Below, piece after piece: positions 9,686 through 20,020 of a DNA stretch of 64,000 nt (its first letter is position 1; every line of letters begins with the position of its first letter). Under the pieces are notes generated by a model, which saw only the letters and a program-made list of their open reading frames with translations, had not been told where the DNA came from and did no database searches. The DNA comes from a virus, in IMG/VR virus record IMGVR_UViG_3300029122_000292; one strand, 5' to 3'. The translations under genes were made by a program, and so were the position numbers.

Positions 9686-10033
9686 TTATAATAGGCTATG
9701 GCAAACAAATGATTTTTTAGATTGCATTGTATACTTGCCGACTAATTGAAGATATTTTTTGTAGATTGCCTCTGCGGCGTCTCCATCAATTGTTTCTATA
9801 TGTTGTTCAGACATTATATCGACTTTGAAACGTTCTATTGATGAATCAAGTATGGAAGCTAATTCTGAATCATAATGTATGTATCTGCGGTCTACATCGA
9901 CATGAATTACAATAGAATCTATTTTTTTATTAAGTTCTTCGCTAAGCTGTTCACAGATATCCTTACTTGCGAGTTCTAGTATTTCTTTCTCATTCTTCTT
10001 GTAATTAGTCATTCCAAAAACATCTGTTATCAT
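9686..10033 (-). CDS. 115-aa protein with C-terminal ...VCHSLL tail
   Basis: ORF track. Confidence 0.6.
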   Translation of the reverse strand: MITDVFGMTNYKKNEKEILELASKDICEQLSEELNKKIDSIVIHVDVDRRYIHYDSELASILDSSIERFKVDIMSEQHIETIDGDAAEAIYKKYLQLVGKYTMQSKKSFVCHSLL

Positions 10034-10494
10034 AGCAAACTCCTACAGGTCAGTTGCACCGTTGGTCTTCCTATGGTTGGATCGTCCGCGTCCTCGATTT
10101 CTGGGTGAAACGCAACTTCGGATGGATCATATGTAGCTATAGAGCAGGCGGCAATATTACGACCTCCTATGATATGTTGCATACATAAATCAACATCGTC
10201 GATTACAACTTGTTTTGCGTTATATCCAAAGCTGGCGAGTTGGAAATCTAAGGCGTTAAAAACTCGAATAGTCAGTCGTTTTCCCTCAGTATCAACATAG
10301 ACTTCTCGCGAATCAACTCTGTATCCTCTATATGTCCATTTCCCGCAAGATGATTCGCATAAAAATATTATTGTTTTTGTCACTAGCTCCACATTAAGAG
10401 ATGTTGGTACAATAATATCACAGTCATTTTCAATTGCGTATTTACATATTTGATAGGTGCGACCACCGCCGCGTGGGGCGAATATTTTATACAT
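10030..10494 (-). CDS. 154-aa protein with P-loop-like N-terminus (APRGGGRT) and C-terminal ...TCRSLL tail
   Basis: ORF 10030..10512 trimmed to MYKIF ATG at 10494, which has AGGAGG 6 nt upstream. Confidence 0.55.
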   Translation of the reverse strand: MYKIFAPRGGGRTYQICKYAIENDCDIIVPTSLNVELVTKTIIFLCESSCGKWTYRGYRVDSREVYVDTEGKRLTIRVFNALDFQLASFGYNAKQVVIDDVDLCMQHIIGGRNIAACSIATYDPSEVAFHPEIEDADDPTIGRPTVQLTCRSLL

Positions 10495-10511
10495 GCTATG
10501 CAACCTCCTCA

Positions 10512-11267
10512 TTACGCGGCTTCTGGTTTGCGTTCAATCAATGGGAAGATCCCGTCTTTCTTTAATAAATCATAGATGAACAGACGACCTTTTTGAGTCC
10601 AATATGTGTGTACGTGGCTATGTGAGATTCCATTAGTATCTTCAGTAATAGACGTCTTAGTTACCGTGTAGCCTTGCTCGGCGTATTCTTGATAAAGCAG
10701 CCAGATACGTCCCTGCTGATATTGTATACGACGAGATCGCAGTTCCTGATTCATCTTCTGAGCGCTCCATCCATAGTCTTTAGCAATAACACTGATAGGA
10801 AGAGCATCAGGAGTCTGAAGAACCACATCATAGTAAGATGCCTTTGGCTGCATCTCTGCAAGCTGTTGTGTTTGGATAGCTACAGTTTCCTGAAGTGCTT
10901 TTACGCGAGCATTTGCGATAAGAAGAGCACGCTGCATAATCGCATCAGGAGAGTTCCACTGTTCTTCAATTTTGATAAAATACTGGCGTGCAATCTTGCC
11001 ACGTTCATTGCGCTGAATCATTGCAATTTCTTTTGCCATCGGAATAGTAAGCTGATGATCGGTTCGAGGCTTTCCTGCGAGGCCATCAGACCTATTTTCC
11101 AAAAATGGAACATAGTCTTCATTTTCTGTAAAACCGTAATCACACATTCTCTTGAACCATGTGGTGTAATTACTGTCAACATGGAGGAAATCGTAAAGTT
11201 CTCGACCGCTTACGGTTGGGCGTTCAGGATTTTCATAATTGATAGGGATTAAGTCAGTCATATTCAT
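10512..11267 (-). CDS. phage antirepressor (AntA N-terminal domain plus KilA-C-like C-terminal domain)
   Basis: N-terminal RELYDFL...TWFKR...GFTENEDY matches the AntA family. Confidence 0.7.
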   Translation of the reverse strand: MNMTDLIPINYENPERPTVSGRELYDFLHVDSNYTTWFKRMCDYGFTENEDYVPFLENRSDGLAGKPRTDHQLTIPMAKEIAMIQRNERGKIARQYFIKIEEQWNSPDAIMQRALLIANARVKALQETVAIQTQQLAEMQPKASYYDVVLQTPDALPISVIAKDYGWSAQKMNQELRSRRIQYQQGRIWLLYQEYAEQGYTVTKTSITEDTNGISHSHVHTYWTQKGRLFIYDLLKKDGIFPLIERKPEAA

Positions 11268-11710
11268 TCTCCTACTGCATGCGCAGCACTATGTAATTTG
11301 CCAAATGGTGTAATCAAATATCGATGTAGGGCTGTGTCTTCCATCTCTTTTTGTAACTGATGGAACTTAGCCATATTATCAAGATAAGAGGGAAGCACTT
11401 TTTCTACGATCTCATAGGTCAAGGCGTATATCTGCAACCATTCTTTCATCGTCATTCCACGATGCACCATAGGACGAATCATCTGCTCAATCTGGTCGCG
11501 GATATAATCAATAGAGAAAAAATCAATTTCGTGTAGTATACTCATTCTTTCTATGTAGTTCTTGAATAACTCCACTGTCTGTTCGGCTTCTGCTTCTCGG
11601 TAGCGGTCGTACAATTCTTTTGCAAGACTATCAATGGCGTCATAGTTCCATCCGTCGGTGGGAGACCAGTAGTCCGCTACTTTCAGGCCGCTTATTTTTA
11701 TTTCTATCAT
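11264..11710 (-). CDS. hypothetical protein (about 149 aa)
   Basis: ORF 11264..11911 trimmed to an internal Met so that it does not overlap the PhoH gene by 187 nt. Confidence 0.4.
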   Translation of the reverse strand: MIEIKISGLKVADYWSPTDGWNYDAIDSLAKELYDRYREAEAEQTVELFKNYIERMSILHEIDFFSIDYIRDQIEQMIRPMVHRGMTMKEWLQIYALTYEIVEKVLPSYLDNMAKFHQLQKEMEDTALHRYLITPFGKLHSAAHAVGE

Positions 11711-11723
11711 CTTGCGCGACTCC

Positions 11724-13070
11724 TCAATCGAGTAGATCGGCCAGTTTAGCGGTTTCGCTTCGTTCGCTGATTGGCATATACACAACACCAAACCGGTGCT
11801 GACCTGTGAGACGTTCGATTGCCTTCCGAAGACCGTTATTTGACTCAAATACAACATCATCAATCTGTCGCAGATCGCCATTGAGCCACAGGGCGCTATC
11901 TTCACCAACACGTCCGATTAGTAACTGAATATGCTCCTTAGTAAGATTCTCTGCTTCGCTGCAATAAATAATAGACCGTTTATAGCTTCGACCTCGAATT
12001 GGTCCCAGATGTTCCAGCTTAACCCAACCGTCAATAATGGCACGCTCAAGAGCTACATCGCCGCCAAGAGTATCGGATAGTGGTCCTGCATATGGCATCA
12101 ATTTTTCATTCGCGGTACCGGGTAAAAAACCAATCGATCTAGAATTCTTAACTTCGACAGTGTTCCGGACCCATACGATTCTGTCGTATTTGCCTTTTTC
12201 AATCAAGTCGATAGCGTGATTAACCATCAGGAAGTCCTTGCCGCTACCATACACACCAAGAAGCAGTTTGATTGTAATGTCGTCGTTCTGAAGTAGGTCA
12301 AAGGCAAGCTTTTGCTGAATGTTGAGCGGTTTGATCTTACCTGAGTATGCGGTGTTCAGGTTCTTGTATTTAATAGGTACATAGCGCGAGCCATCCCAGC
12401 GGAGTCCAGCCGTGTTACCATCAGCGTCGGCGTTTGGAATCAATACATAACCGTTTGTTGGTGTATCAACCAAGTTCTTTTGCTCGATATCTTTGGAGTA
12501 GGCCATTGCTAATGCTTCCTCGCCACCCTGATCAATGGGCACCTCTGTCCAGCCGGTGTAGTCATTGTGAGCACCGCCGTGATCAAGAGATAGTTCACAG
12601 GGCAGTTTCATAACCCGCTGCGCAAGATTGAAGCAGCTTAGGTCACTGGTAACAAAACAGAAGGAGTCAACATCAGCGGTCGTCTTGGCTACAAGTTCAT
12701 CTGCGGCCGACTTTTCAAACACTCCTGTCCTGGCATGAATCTTCTCTGCATCTTCTTTCTTTTCAATCAGCTCATTCAGATACCATCGGGCAGCAGCCAT
12801 AATCGTTCCGTCGTTGTTGTCTTTGACTGGGACATCATTCAGGATCGAGAATAGCTGATGGTAATCAATAGATACTACTGTGTACGCTGCTGGATGTTCG
12901 GCGAGCAGGCGAGTGACGGTGCGAGCCTTAGCTTTGGTGGTTTCATCCTTCTTGCCATTAGTTTTAATATCTTCCAGCTCATAGAGAGTGATGTCAGCAA
13001 TTAGAAACTGCTGTGCAAGCAGTGTGTCGGGCGGAAGATCTAGCAGAGCAGAGGTGTCATAGAATTTCAT
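11724..13070 (-). CDS. phoH: PIN-domain / PhoH-like ATPase (PhoH2/YlaK type)
   Basis: Walker A GVYGSGKDFLM plus N-terminal PIN-like domain; domain architecture common in phages. Confidence 0.8.
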   Translation of the reverse strand: MKFYDTSALLDLPPDTLLAQQFLIADITLYELEDIKTNGKKDETTKAKARTVTRLLAEHPAAYTVVSIDYHQLFSILNDVPVKDNNDGTIMAAARWYLNELIEKKEDAEKIHARTGVFEKSAADELVAKTTADVDSFCFVTSDLSCFNLAQRVMKLPCELSLDHGGAHNDYTGWTEVPIDQGGEEALAMAYSKDIEQKNLVDTPTNGYVLIPNADADGNTAGLRWDGSRYVPIKYKNLNTAYSGKIKPLNIQQKLAFDLLQNDDITIKLLLGVYGSGKDFLMVNHAIDLIEKGKYDRIVWVRNTVEVKNSRSIGFLPGTANEKLMPYAGPLSDTLGGDVALERAIIDGWVKLEHLGPIRGRSYKRSIIYCSEAENLTKEHIQLLIGRVGEDSALWLNGDLRQIDDVVFESNNGLRKAIERLTGQHRFGVVYMPISERSETAKLADLLD

Positions 13071-13076
13071 AGTGGA

Positions 13077-14790
13077 TCATTGTCCTCCTTGATAAGGATG
13101 TATTGGATATCGTTTTACGGTTAATATGTTTAAGTACTGTTTGTAAGGGCGAAATTTTGAGCTGCCAGAACATAGCGGGCGAGAAATGCTCTCAGCAGCA
13201 CAAACGGGACTTAAATATATCATGCCTATATTATACACCAAATTTTTGTTATTTGCAAGCGAAATTGCATATATTTTCCGGGGCGATACGTTGTTTTTTA
13301 GCGATGCTGCGCAGGACAGCTGCTTAATGGAGTGTTTAACGGCGTTTATGCGTGAAATGTGCGTTTTTAGTGGCATTTTTAGCGTTTTTAGGGCAAAATT
13401 TAACGTTTTTGATCAAAAAATGAGCGAAATTTGAGCGATCAGGGAAGTGAATTTTGGTCTTTATGGGATACTAGCGGGATGAAATTACGATGATAGGCGC
13501 AATTTATAACAATATAATATGATGTAAATTTGAACGATAATACGTTGTTTACCGGGTGATGCTTCGGGACGTTTTTTGGCTACGCAGCAATGTACTGTGG
13601 TATGGCGGCGTGTGGTGTTGTAGGCGACAGCTGTGCGATCTTGATGGGTGGAAATAGGGGCTGCAGAGCGGTGGTTGACATGGCTGTTGAGATTAAAATT
13701 GGGAAGTGAGGTGCTGCACAGATGGATGTAGAAATGTTGTGAGCTACGCAAGAGCTCGGGAGATTTAGGGCGTGATGGGGAGATAGAACAACTAAGCCCT
13801 TCGGGCTTCGCGCGGGCTGACCCCGGATTTTCAACCTGCCCCCCTCTTGCCCTGTCTATCATCCATTTTTTCTAGGATTCATGCGGCTTTTCGGCTAATA
13901 TGACCTTTTGTTAAAAGGTGGGATTAGGTAGTCCCTGAACACGGAATTTATACCTATTTATATATAGGCGACTTTCCATTCCGTTTTTGTGGGCGGTGGA
14001 TTTTGGTGTTTGTGCGCTTGTTGCAAAAATAAATAGATGGTCTATACTGTAGACACTCCAAGGGGAGCGGGAAACACCGGGAACGGCACCCACACCCCGG
14101 GGAGTAGTCGCACCTTGAAAATTGCAAAGTTTGGATTTTCCCATGTGGGCGGTTTATACCGCGCCGGGTATCCGGTCAAGGTTTATGCCTTGCCATTTTC
14201 AAAACATGGGTTTCCTATCTGAACAATTAGTGCGCCCAAACCCCGATGGCCAAACATTACCGGCATAATTCCCAAGAACGTGGGAGAAGTGCGGGGGGGG
14301 GCGGTGTACCTTGAAAACTGAACAAAAGGCAGAACCTAAGATAACACCACGGGGACTGTTATGCGCAAGCATAGTTTTGTAGAAAACGCCAAGGCCAGAG
14401 CTGGCGATAATAGATACAATACCAAAGATAGTACGGTTGTTTGATGGCGTAGAACCGCCTAGAGGAGAAAAAAGCTCTTGTACCACCCCTACTATAAGCT
14501 AGAATAGCGGGCAAGGGTGCAAGCAAAAGAACACCATTAGTTCCAGATGGGCAAAGTGCGCCAAGACTAACTAACGCACGATGGACAGCACACGGGCTGT
14601 ATAAGTCCGTGCCATAATGGAACACGGGCAACAGTGCAATGGCCTAGAGAAAAGCACAACCCCAAAAGCATATAAGCTGCAAGTGTAGCTTTACATAAAA
14701 GAGACGGTCATCGGTATGCACTCTCCAAAAGCGTACCGTACCAGAGCGCTAAACAATCCGGTTTAGTGCAAGTTTTTATAAGATGAGAGG
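13077..14790. other. 1.7 kb non-coding, locally GC-rich, structured region between divergent gene blocks; candidate origin/regulatory hub and/or ncRNA locus
   Basis: Only short mutually overlapping ORFs; phased (A)GCGTTTTTA(G) repeats at 13360-13430; GNRA-type hairpins such as AGCCCTTCGGGCT; G-runs. Confidence 0.4.
14017..14044 (+). promoter_or_regulatory. sigma70-like promoter TTGCAA-N16-TATACT
   Basis: Read directly from sequence inside the non-coding region. Confidence 0.35.
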
Positions 14791-14798
14791 TAACTATT

Positions 14799-15650
14799 AT
14801 GCTGAAAGTTTATGCTGATTATGACGCCATTGCTAAGGCGGGCAAGCTGAACGAACTGACCATCCCTGAACTGGTAAAGTTCTTGAATGACCAGAAAACC
14901 GTTCTGACCGCTGAGCAGTCTCAGAATGTCACCGCCACGCTCAACAAGGCAGTCGAAAATTCCAACAAGGCCGCCTGTGATGCAAAGTGTGGTGAGTTCT
15001 GCGCTATGGAACGTGCTGAAATGTGGCGTTCCTACGCTCCTAACCCATACTATCATGGCACCAAGATTACCACCGACCCCAAGACTATGGTTCTGTCCAC
15101 CCAGGATGCAAAGATGCTTATCAAGTTCAAGACCCTCGAAAAGTATTACCAGACCCTGAACGCTGTTGAAACCAACGACAAGGGAGAGCCTATGCCCAAC
15201 AAGGCGGTTTCTCTCTGCTCCAATGGCCGTTACGAAAAGCTGATTATGCTGTTCAACGGTATGCTCTCTGAGGAGACTGCAACCGAACTCAACGCGGCCA
15301 AGATGGTTCGTAGCACTAAGGTCGAGGAGACTCTCAAAGATATGGGTTTGGATTGCTTTGTCGGTCCTGTCAACAAGGGCAAGCGTCTTGCTCAGCTCCA
15401 GGCCATTTGGAACACCATGCTCCCCGAGGAACTGTCTGCAACTTGCACCGCACTGTCTTGTGACGTCAAGTATCTCAAGATTGCAGCAAACCGCGCAAAA
15501 CAGGGCTCTGTCAATGGCATTGGCGACAAGGCCATGATTGACGAGATTGTTGTCACCATCTCTAAGGGGCTGTCTTTTGATGGCAAGGCGCGTTCCTCTA
15601 AGTACGACTTTGCAAGCAAGAGCAAGTTCTTTGCCAAGGCTGAGCAGTAA
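14799..15650 (+). CDS. hypothetical protein (283 aa), GC3-rich with strong ribosome-binding site; probably highly expressed
   Basis: RBS GAGAGGTAACTATTATG; codon usage clearly differs from neighbouring AT-rich genes. Confidence 0.7.
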   Translation: MLKVYADYDAIAKAGKLNELTIPELVKFLNDQKTVLTAEQSQNVTATLNKAVENSNKAACDAKCGEFCAMERAEMWRSYAPNPYYHGTKITTDPKTMVLSTQDAKMLIKFKTLEKYYQTLNAVETNDKGEPMPNKAVSLCSNGRYEKLIMLFNGMLSEETATELNAAKMVRSTKVEETLKDMGLDCFVGPVNKGKRLAQLQAIWNTMLPEELSATCTALSCDVKYLKIAANRAKQGSVNGIGDKAMIDEIVVTISKGLSFDGKARSSKYDFASKSKFFAKAEQ

Positions 15651-15770
15651 CACACAGTAGTCGGATACCCTTTCGAGGTCGCACCGTTCAAAGCGGCCTC
15701 TTTCCAACGCAGTATGCGTAGCGTCTTAGAGTGTGGCGCATTTTGTACACTCAGAAAAGAGGTTATCACT

Positions 15771-16352
15771 ATGTCTTGTCCTTATGTCATAAGAGAAACC
15801 ATTGACGCCGACCACGTCCGTGAGCATGGGTATTACCAGCTTGACGAGATGGTTTATGACCTGACCCACGACTTTGCAAACGCAGATGTTAAGATCATCA
15901 CTCGCCCTGTGTACAATGTCGTCATGGAAAGTGGCGAAAGCCTTTCCGATGTGGACGACGAGACGGTGTTTAAGATGCTGTCTGCTGCTCTGCCTATTCG
16001 ACACATCGAAAATGCAAGGGATGGGTATATCATGTACTCTCGTCCTGAGAGCAAGCCCGCTGTCAAGGTTAAGACAGCCGATAGTATCACTCGTGCAAGC
16101 GTCACCGTTCGTGGCGTTAAACAGTATGATGAGCCTGTAATTTTGCCCATGGCGAGAGAGTGGTTTGTCGTCACTCATGCCGACATTCCTACTTGCCATT
16201 ACGGAACTGACGATGAACAGTATGCAACGAAGCGTTTCGAAAGAAGTGTTTCTAGAAAGTGGTACTATGACCCGTTCTATGACGAAGTTCGTTTGTATCA
16301 CAACGGACGTGTCATTCGTGCGGCTGTTTTGGGACACGAAATCGTTCTGTGA
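15771..16352 (+). CDS. hypothetical protein (193 aa)
   Basis: ORF 15714..16352 trimmed to the ATG preceded by AAGAGG. Confidence 0.55.
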   Translation: MSCPYVIRETIDADHVREHGYYQLDEMVYDLTHDFANADVKIITRPVYNVVMESGESLSDVDDETVFKMLSAALPIRHIENARDGYIMYSRPESKPAVKVKTADSITRASVTVRGVKQYDEPVILPMAREWFVVTHADIPTCHYGTDDEQYATKRFERSVSRKWYYDPFYDEVRLYHNGRVIRAAVLGHEIVL

Positions 16353-16503
16353 AAAAGGAGACCCGCCGGGTATGAAATCCTAAATAACATCTGCTGTCCC
16401 GGGTATGACGTTAAACTACTCACTCCCGCAAATTCAGAACGCCTTGACGTGGCGCGGGGGCTTTAAACTAAGATTCTGATAGAAAAGAGAGGTAATGCGT
16501 TAA

Positions 16504-17073
16504 ATGTTTAAAGACAGAAATGGCATAGTTATCCAGTGCGTCAATCGTAAAGGCATGACGTACAATGGGTGCAAAGTCCCGTATATGGGACTGTACGGCA
16601 CGCTCAACGGCAAGGAATTTGTTGCGGAGCCTCGTCTGAACGTGAAAACCGGAGAGATGCGACTCAAGCATCGTGACATGAAAACAAAATCCAGATGGGA
16701 CGATATCCCTGATAGGGCTATTGTTTTCCATGTTATCGAAGCGGCAAAGGTTGGATGCATCAAGCTTTACAAGTGGGAAACCAAAATGGTAAATCCCAAT
16801 CAGGACGAAATGAAAAAAGAGGCTTCTATTTGGCATAAAGAAGCTTCTAATCCTGACTGTATTAGACGTAAAAAGTATAAACTAAAATATCGTCAATCGT
16901 CTATGAGTGGCTACGGATACTCTGAACTTAGCTGCGCTCTTTACGGCGAATCCATTGAGATGAACGGAAAACAGAAAAAGCTGAACCGCTCTATGCAGAC
17001 ATATATGGATGGAACTGGCATGAGTTCTTCTTTTGATAATAGAGACAGAAGACCATTAAATCCAGCTATTTAA
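16504..17073 (+). CDS. hypothetical protein (189 aa)
   Basis: ORF track. Confidence 0.55.
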   Translation: MFKDRNGIVIQCVNRKGMTYNGCKVPYMGLYGTLNGKEFVAEPRLNVKTGEMRLKHRDMKTKSRWDDIPDRAIVFHVIEAAKVGCIKLYKWETKMVNPNQDEMKKEASIWHKEASNPDCIRRKKYKLKYRQSSMSGYGYSELSCALYGESIEMNGKQKKLNRSMQTYMDGTGMSSSFDNRDRRPLNPAI

Positions 17074-17097
17074 TCAAAAGCGGAAAGCGTTAATGAG

Positions 17098-17355
17098 TTA
17101 TTTATTGTTGCCGTGATTCCATTGACCATCTGCACCTAATTTTGGACTTGAATCATTTCCCAAATTTGAGTTTAAGCAAGTGATTTTATCGGATTGAAGC
17201 TGTTTGAGTTCTTTCGGCGTAAATCGAACTTTGATAAATGTTCCATTCTTTTTCGCAATTCCTTGCCGTTTGTTACATAAATGCTTATAACATAATCCAT
17301 CTTGAAAAACTGGGTTGTTACATTTAGGTCTATAACAAGTCAATTTCGGTTTCAT
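17098..17355 (-). CDS. small Cys-rich protein (85 aa)
   Basis: ORF track; CYRPKCNNPVFQDGLCYKH; lone minus-strand gene in the plus block. Confidence 0.45.
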   Translation of the reverse strand: MKPKLTCYRPKCNNPVFQDGLCYKHLCNKRQGIAKKNGTFIKVRFTPKELKQLQSDKITCLNSNLGNDSSPKLGADGQWNHGNNK

Positions 17356-17495
17356 AGTATCACCTCTTAGCTAGATTATAGTTTAAACTTTTAATAAAAT
17401 CAATTGGTCAACCCCAACGTCATTCGATTAAATTCGGCTGGCGTTTTCTTTTTTTACCTCTTTTCTCTGCTCCGTAAGGGGCGATACTGGGCGAT

Positions 17496-17522
17496 TCACG
17501 GTACCAGGGCAGACGAAACCGT
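17496..17522 (+). ncRNA. conserved hairpin element, copy 1 (stem CACGGU/ACCGUG, loop ACCAGGGCAGACGAA)
   Basis: One of three copies with covarying stems; see findings. Confidence 0.45.
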
Positions 17523-17565
17523 GACCAACGCGATAGCGTACACACAAGAAAGGAAGCACAGCAGT

Positions 17566-17973
17566 ATGAACGCAATCGAAAAGGTAATCTCGATGGAGTG
17601 GGGCGACATAATAGCCTTATTCCGTGAGTACAACCGCACCGCGAGCATCAACGCAAAGCCCCTAACCGCTTACATCATTTACGATGCAAGCAACTGGAAC
17701 AAGCTGATTCATGAGACCGCCCGCACGTACTCTGTCAATTCGTGGAGCAATCTTTTCTTCGATGGCAAGATTTCCACCAGCTTGTTCGGTGACTGCCTCG
17801 ATTTGTCAGAGTTTGGTGTCAGACTCGACTGGTACAACTGGAAGCGTGAGAAGTGCTACCTGTGCACCGATGGTCTGCCTGCCAACTGGAAAGAGCTGAT
17901 TCAGTCTTACAAAGACCGGATGGAAGTTCTCGCAAGCATGGCGGATGAAATTGAAACCGTTGAAGAGGTGTAA
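17566..17973 (+). CDS. hypothetical protein (135 aa)
   Basis: ORF 17404..17973 trimmed to MNAIEKV, preceded by GAAAGGAAG. Confidence 0.5.
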   Translation: MNAIEKVISMEWGDIIALFREYNRTASINAKPLTAYIIYDASNWNKLIHETARTYSVNSWSNLFFDGKISTSLFGDCLDLSEFGVRLDWYNWKREKCYLCTDGLPANWKELIQSYKDRMEVLASMADEIETVEEV

Positions 17974-18211
17974 TTCATGGCCATCATCGCAATCGAATCC
18001 GCCCTCGATGTCGCAATTATGTTTGGCGACAAAGAACTGGCGGTAATCTACGCCGAAGCCCTTGAAGAGGCTGGCGTCCACTATGAAAGCCCTGCCAAGT
18101 GCTGGGAATGACGAAAGAAGCGAAAATATTATTATAGCCTTAACTATGATTGTAGTGTGGGCTGTGGTATAATAAGGGAAGAAAACCCTTAAAGAAAGGA
18201 GAAGAAACATC

Positions 18212-18574
18212 ATGGATGCAAGAATGATTAGTTTTTGGGGTTGCGAAACTAACCCATGCGCAAACCCTGATACGGCAAATAACGGAGGGGGATACTCTCA
18301 ACCGTCCGGTGGAATCCTTGTTGCTCTCGAAAACGGTGAATATCTTATCGTCACCGTGGATGATATGTCTTGCGGCGATTTTGGCAGCAGAATCGGTTGG
18401 ACTATCGACAGTTCAGACAGTCGCAGATGGGGCGGCTGTTATGGCACCATGAACGATGCTATGGTGGATAACGAATGGACGGAAGAGTCTCTGGATTCCG
18501 TGTCTGGTGTGTACGGGATTGATGCCCGTGCAATGTTGTCGGATGCAATTTTGGCTGTGCATATTGCCGCATAA
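18212..18574 (+). CDS. hypothetical protein (120 aa)
   Basis: ORF track; AAGGAGAAG ribosome-binding site. Confidence 0.55.
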   Translation: MDARMISFWGCETNPCANPDTANNGGGYSQPSGGILVALENGEYLIVTVDDMSCGDFGSRIGWTIDSSDSRRWGGCYGTMNDAMVDNEWTEESLDSVSGVYGIDARAMLSDAILAVHIAA

Positions 18575-18596
18575 CGATAACGGAATGTTTCCGTCA

Positions 18597-18637
18597 AGAA
18601 GAGTCTTGTAAGTTAATTCTTGCAAGGCTCTTTTTTA
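18597..18637 (+). terminator. rho-independent terminator
   Basis: 12-bp stem GAGTCTTGTAAG/CTTGCAAGGCTC (with G-U pairs) followed by TTTTTTATTT. Confidence 0.6.
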
Positions 18638-18811
18638 TTTGAAAGGAGCATTATTATGGATTACTTTAGCAGTCAGACCATTTTCTTTTGTGGTATCGTT
18701 GTTGGTATTGGATTTGCCGTATCGATTCAGCTCGCAATCAAAGAGCTGTTCCACCAGCGGCGTCCCCACTAACAGCGTCTCACCAGTGCACACAGAAAGG
18801 AAGCGTATCAT

Positions 18812-19367
18812 CATGAAAGCAATTCGGAAATCCCTCCAAGGCGTAGCAGTCGTTATCGCAAGTATTTTTGCAGCGGCTACCGTATTTGCAATCCCTGTTA
18901 ATGCAGCAGAACCCTCAACCTACATCCAGTCTGGCACGATCTGGAGTGAAAGCGCCGGCGAGTATCAGGTACTCGATGATGCTGGCGAGTTGTGGGGCTT
19001 TACCGCCGGAGTTTATGACTATGTCGTTGGACAGTATGTCGAGATGACTATGTCAGACATGGGCACCCCGGACAACATCTACGACGACACTCTCATTGCC
19101 GTGTCTCCTGTATGGCGCGACTATGAAAGCGACATCGTTGGCCCCTTTGGCTACTACGTCGTTGATGGATGGATTGCAACCGATAACACAAGCTGCCTCA
19201 GCTACTGGGTGAGGGATTCTTACGGATCTTTATGGTTCTGGAACGGATTTTGCCCCAAACAGAAGGGTGAGCACGTTGTTCTCATTATGAACAGCAACGG
19301 CACACCCGACAAATTCTCAGATGATTCTATCGAGGACATCTTGTGGAGCGAAGACGAGGTAGACTGA
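18812..19367 (+). CDS. secreted protein with signal peptide (185 aa)
   Basis: MKAIRKSLQGVAVVIASIFAAATVFAIPVNAA; ribosome-binding site GAAAGGAAG. Confidence 0.6.
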
Positions 19368-19505
19368 AATGGATTCTATGAAATTTGATATGCTGTCTAT
19401 TGCGGCCGCTCTGTATGAAGGCGGCTGGCGTTCCACTATTGATGACTACGAACGGCTTGTAAGAGACTATCGCATGTCTCAGAAAGAAGAGAGGTAATCT
19501 ATATT

Positions 19506-20009
19506 ATGAATCAGTTGAAAGTACTTCAGTATGCACAGGCAGCCGCTATGGATAAGTGGTGGCTTTATGATGGGCTTGCCGACAAGTTCACTGGCGAAAA
19601 GGCTGGCGAGATGGCACGTGAAATGGCGAACAAAGTCATGAATGACGTTAAAGAAATTGGCGTCATGATTGATGCAGAAGAAAAGAGTCTCCGTGCCGAG
19701 GCTGAAAAGCAGCGCAAGCAGGAGCAGGCCGCAAAAGCACAGCAGGCGCAGCAGGCACAGCAGGAGAAAGCGCCGCAGCAACAGGAGCGCCCCACTGCCG
19801 GGCGTATCGTGGATGATGGCACGAAATGGACTGTTGCTATCCGATATAAAGATGGCAGCGAAACCGTTTCCCGATTCTCCAATGAAGATATCGCCCGTAA
19901 GGCATACGAAACAATCCGGATGCTGGATAGGGGGATTGCCGAATCGAATCTTTCCCGTATGACCTTGACCCACAAGAACAGCGTCGTGAAAGCATACGAG
20001 CGAGATTGA
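19506..20009 (+). CDS. hypothetical protein with KQ/AQ-rich low-complexity linker (167 aa)
   Basis: ORF track; GAGAGGTAA ribosome-binding site. Confidence 0.6.
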   Translation: MNQLKVLQYAQAAAMDKWWLYDGLADKFTGEKAGEMAREMANKVMNDVKEIGVMIDAEEKSLRAEAEKQRKQEQAAKAQQAQQAQQEKAPQQQERPTAGRIVDDGTKWTVAIRYKDGSETVSRFSNEDIARKAYETIRMLDRGIAESNLSRMTLTHKNSVVKAYERD

Positions 20010-20020
20010 GAGGCGCAACG

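Noticed and set aside
7874-10512. CRISPR-like or DNA direct-repeat array suggested by the periodic gene ends
   Set aside because: Conservation is at peptide level with divergent nucleotides. No short identical DNA repeats with unique spacers.
13077-14631. Numerous 60-125-aa ORFs in the 13-14.8 kb region
   Set aside because: Mutually overlapping on both strands, no ribosome-binding sites, low-complexity translations; treated as non-coding.
14763-15707. 314-aa minus-strand ORF antisense to 14799..15650
   Set aside because: The plus-strand ORF has a strong ribosome-binding site and coherent codon bias. Long antisense ORFs are expected in GC-rich genes. The same reasoning applies to 15726..16337, 15854..16174 and 15392..15769.
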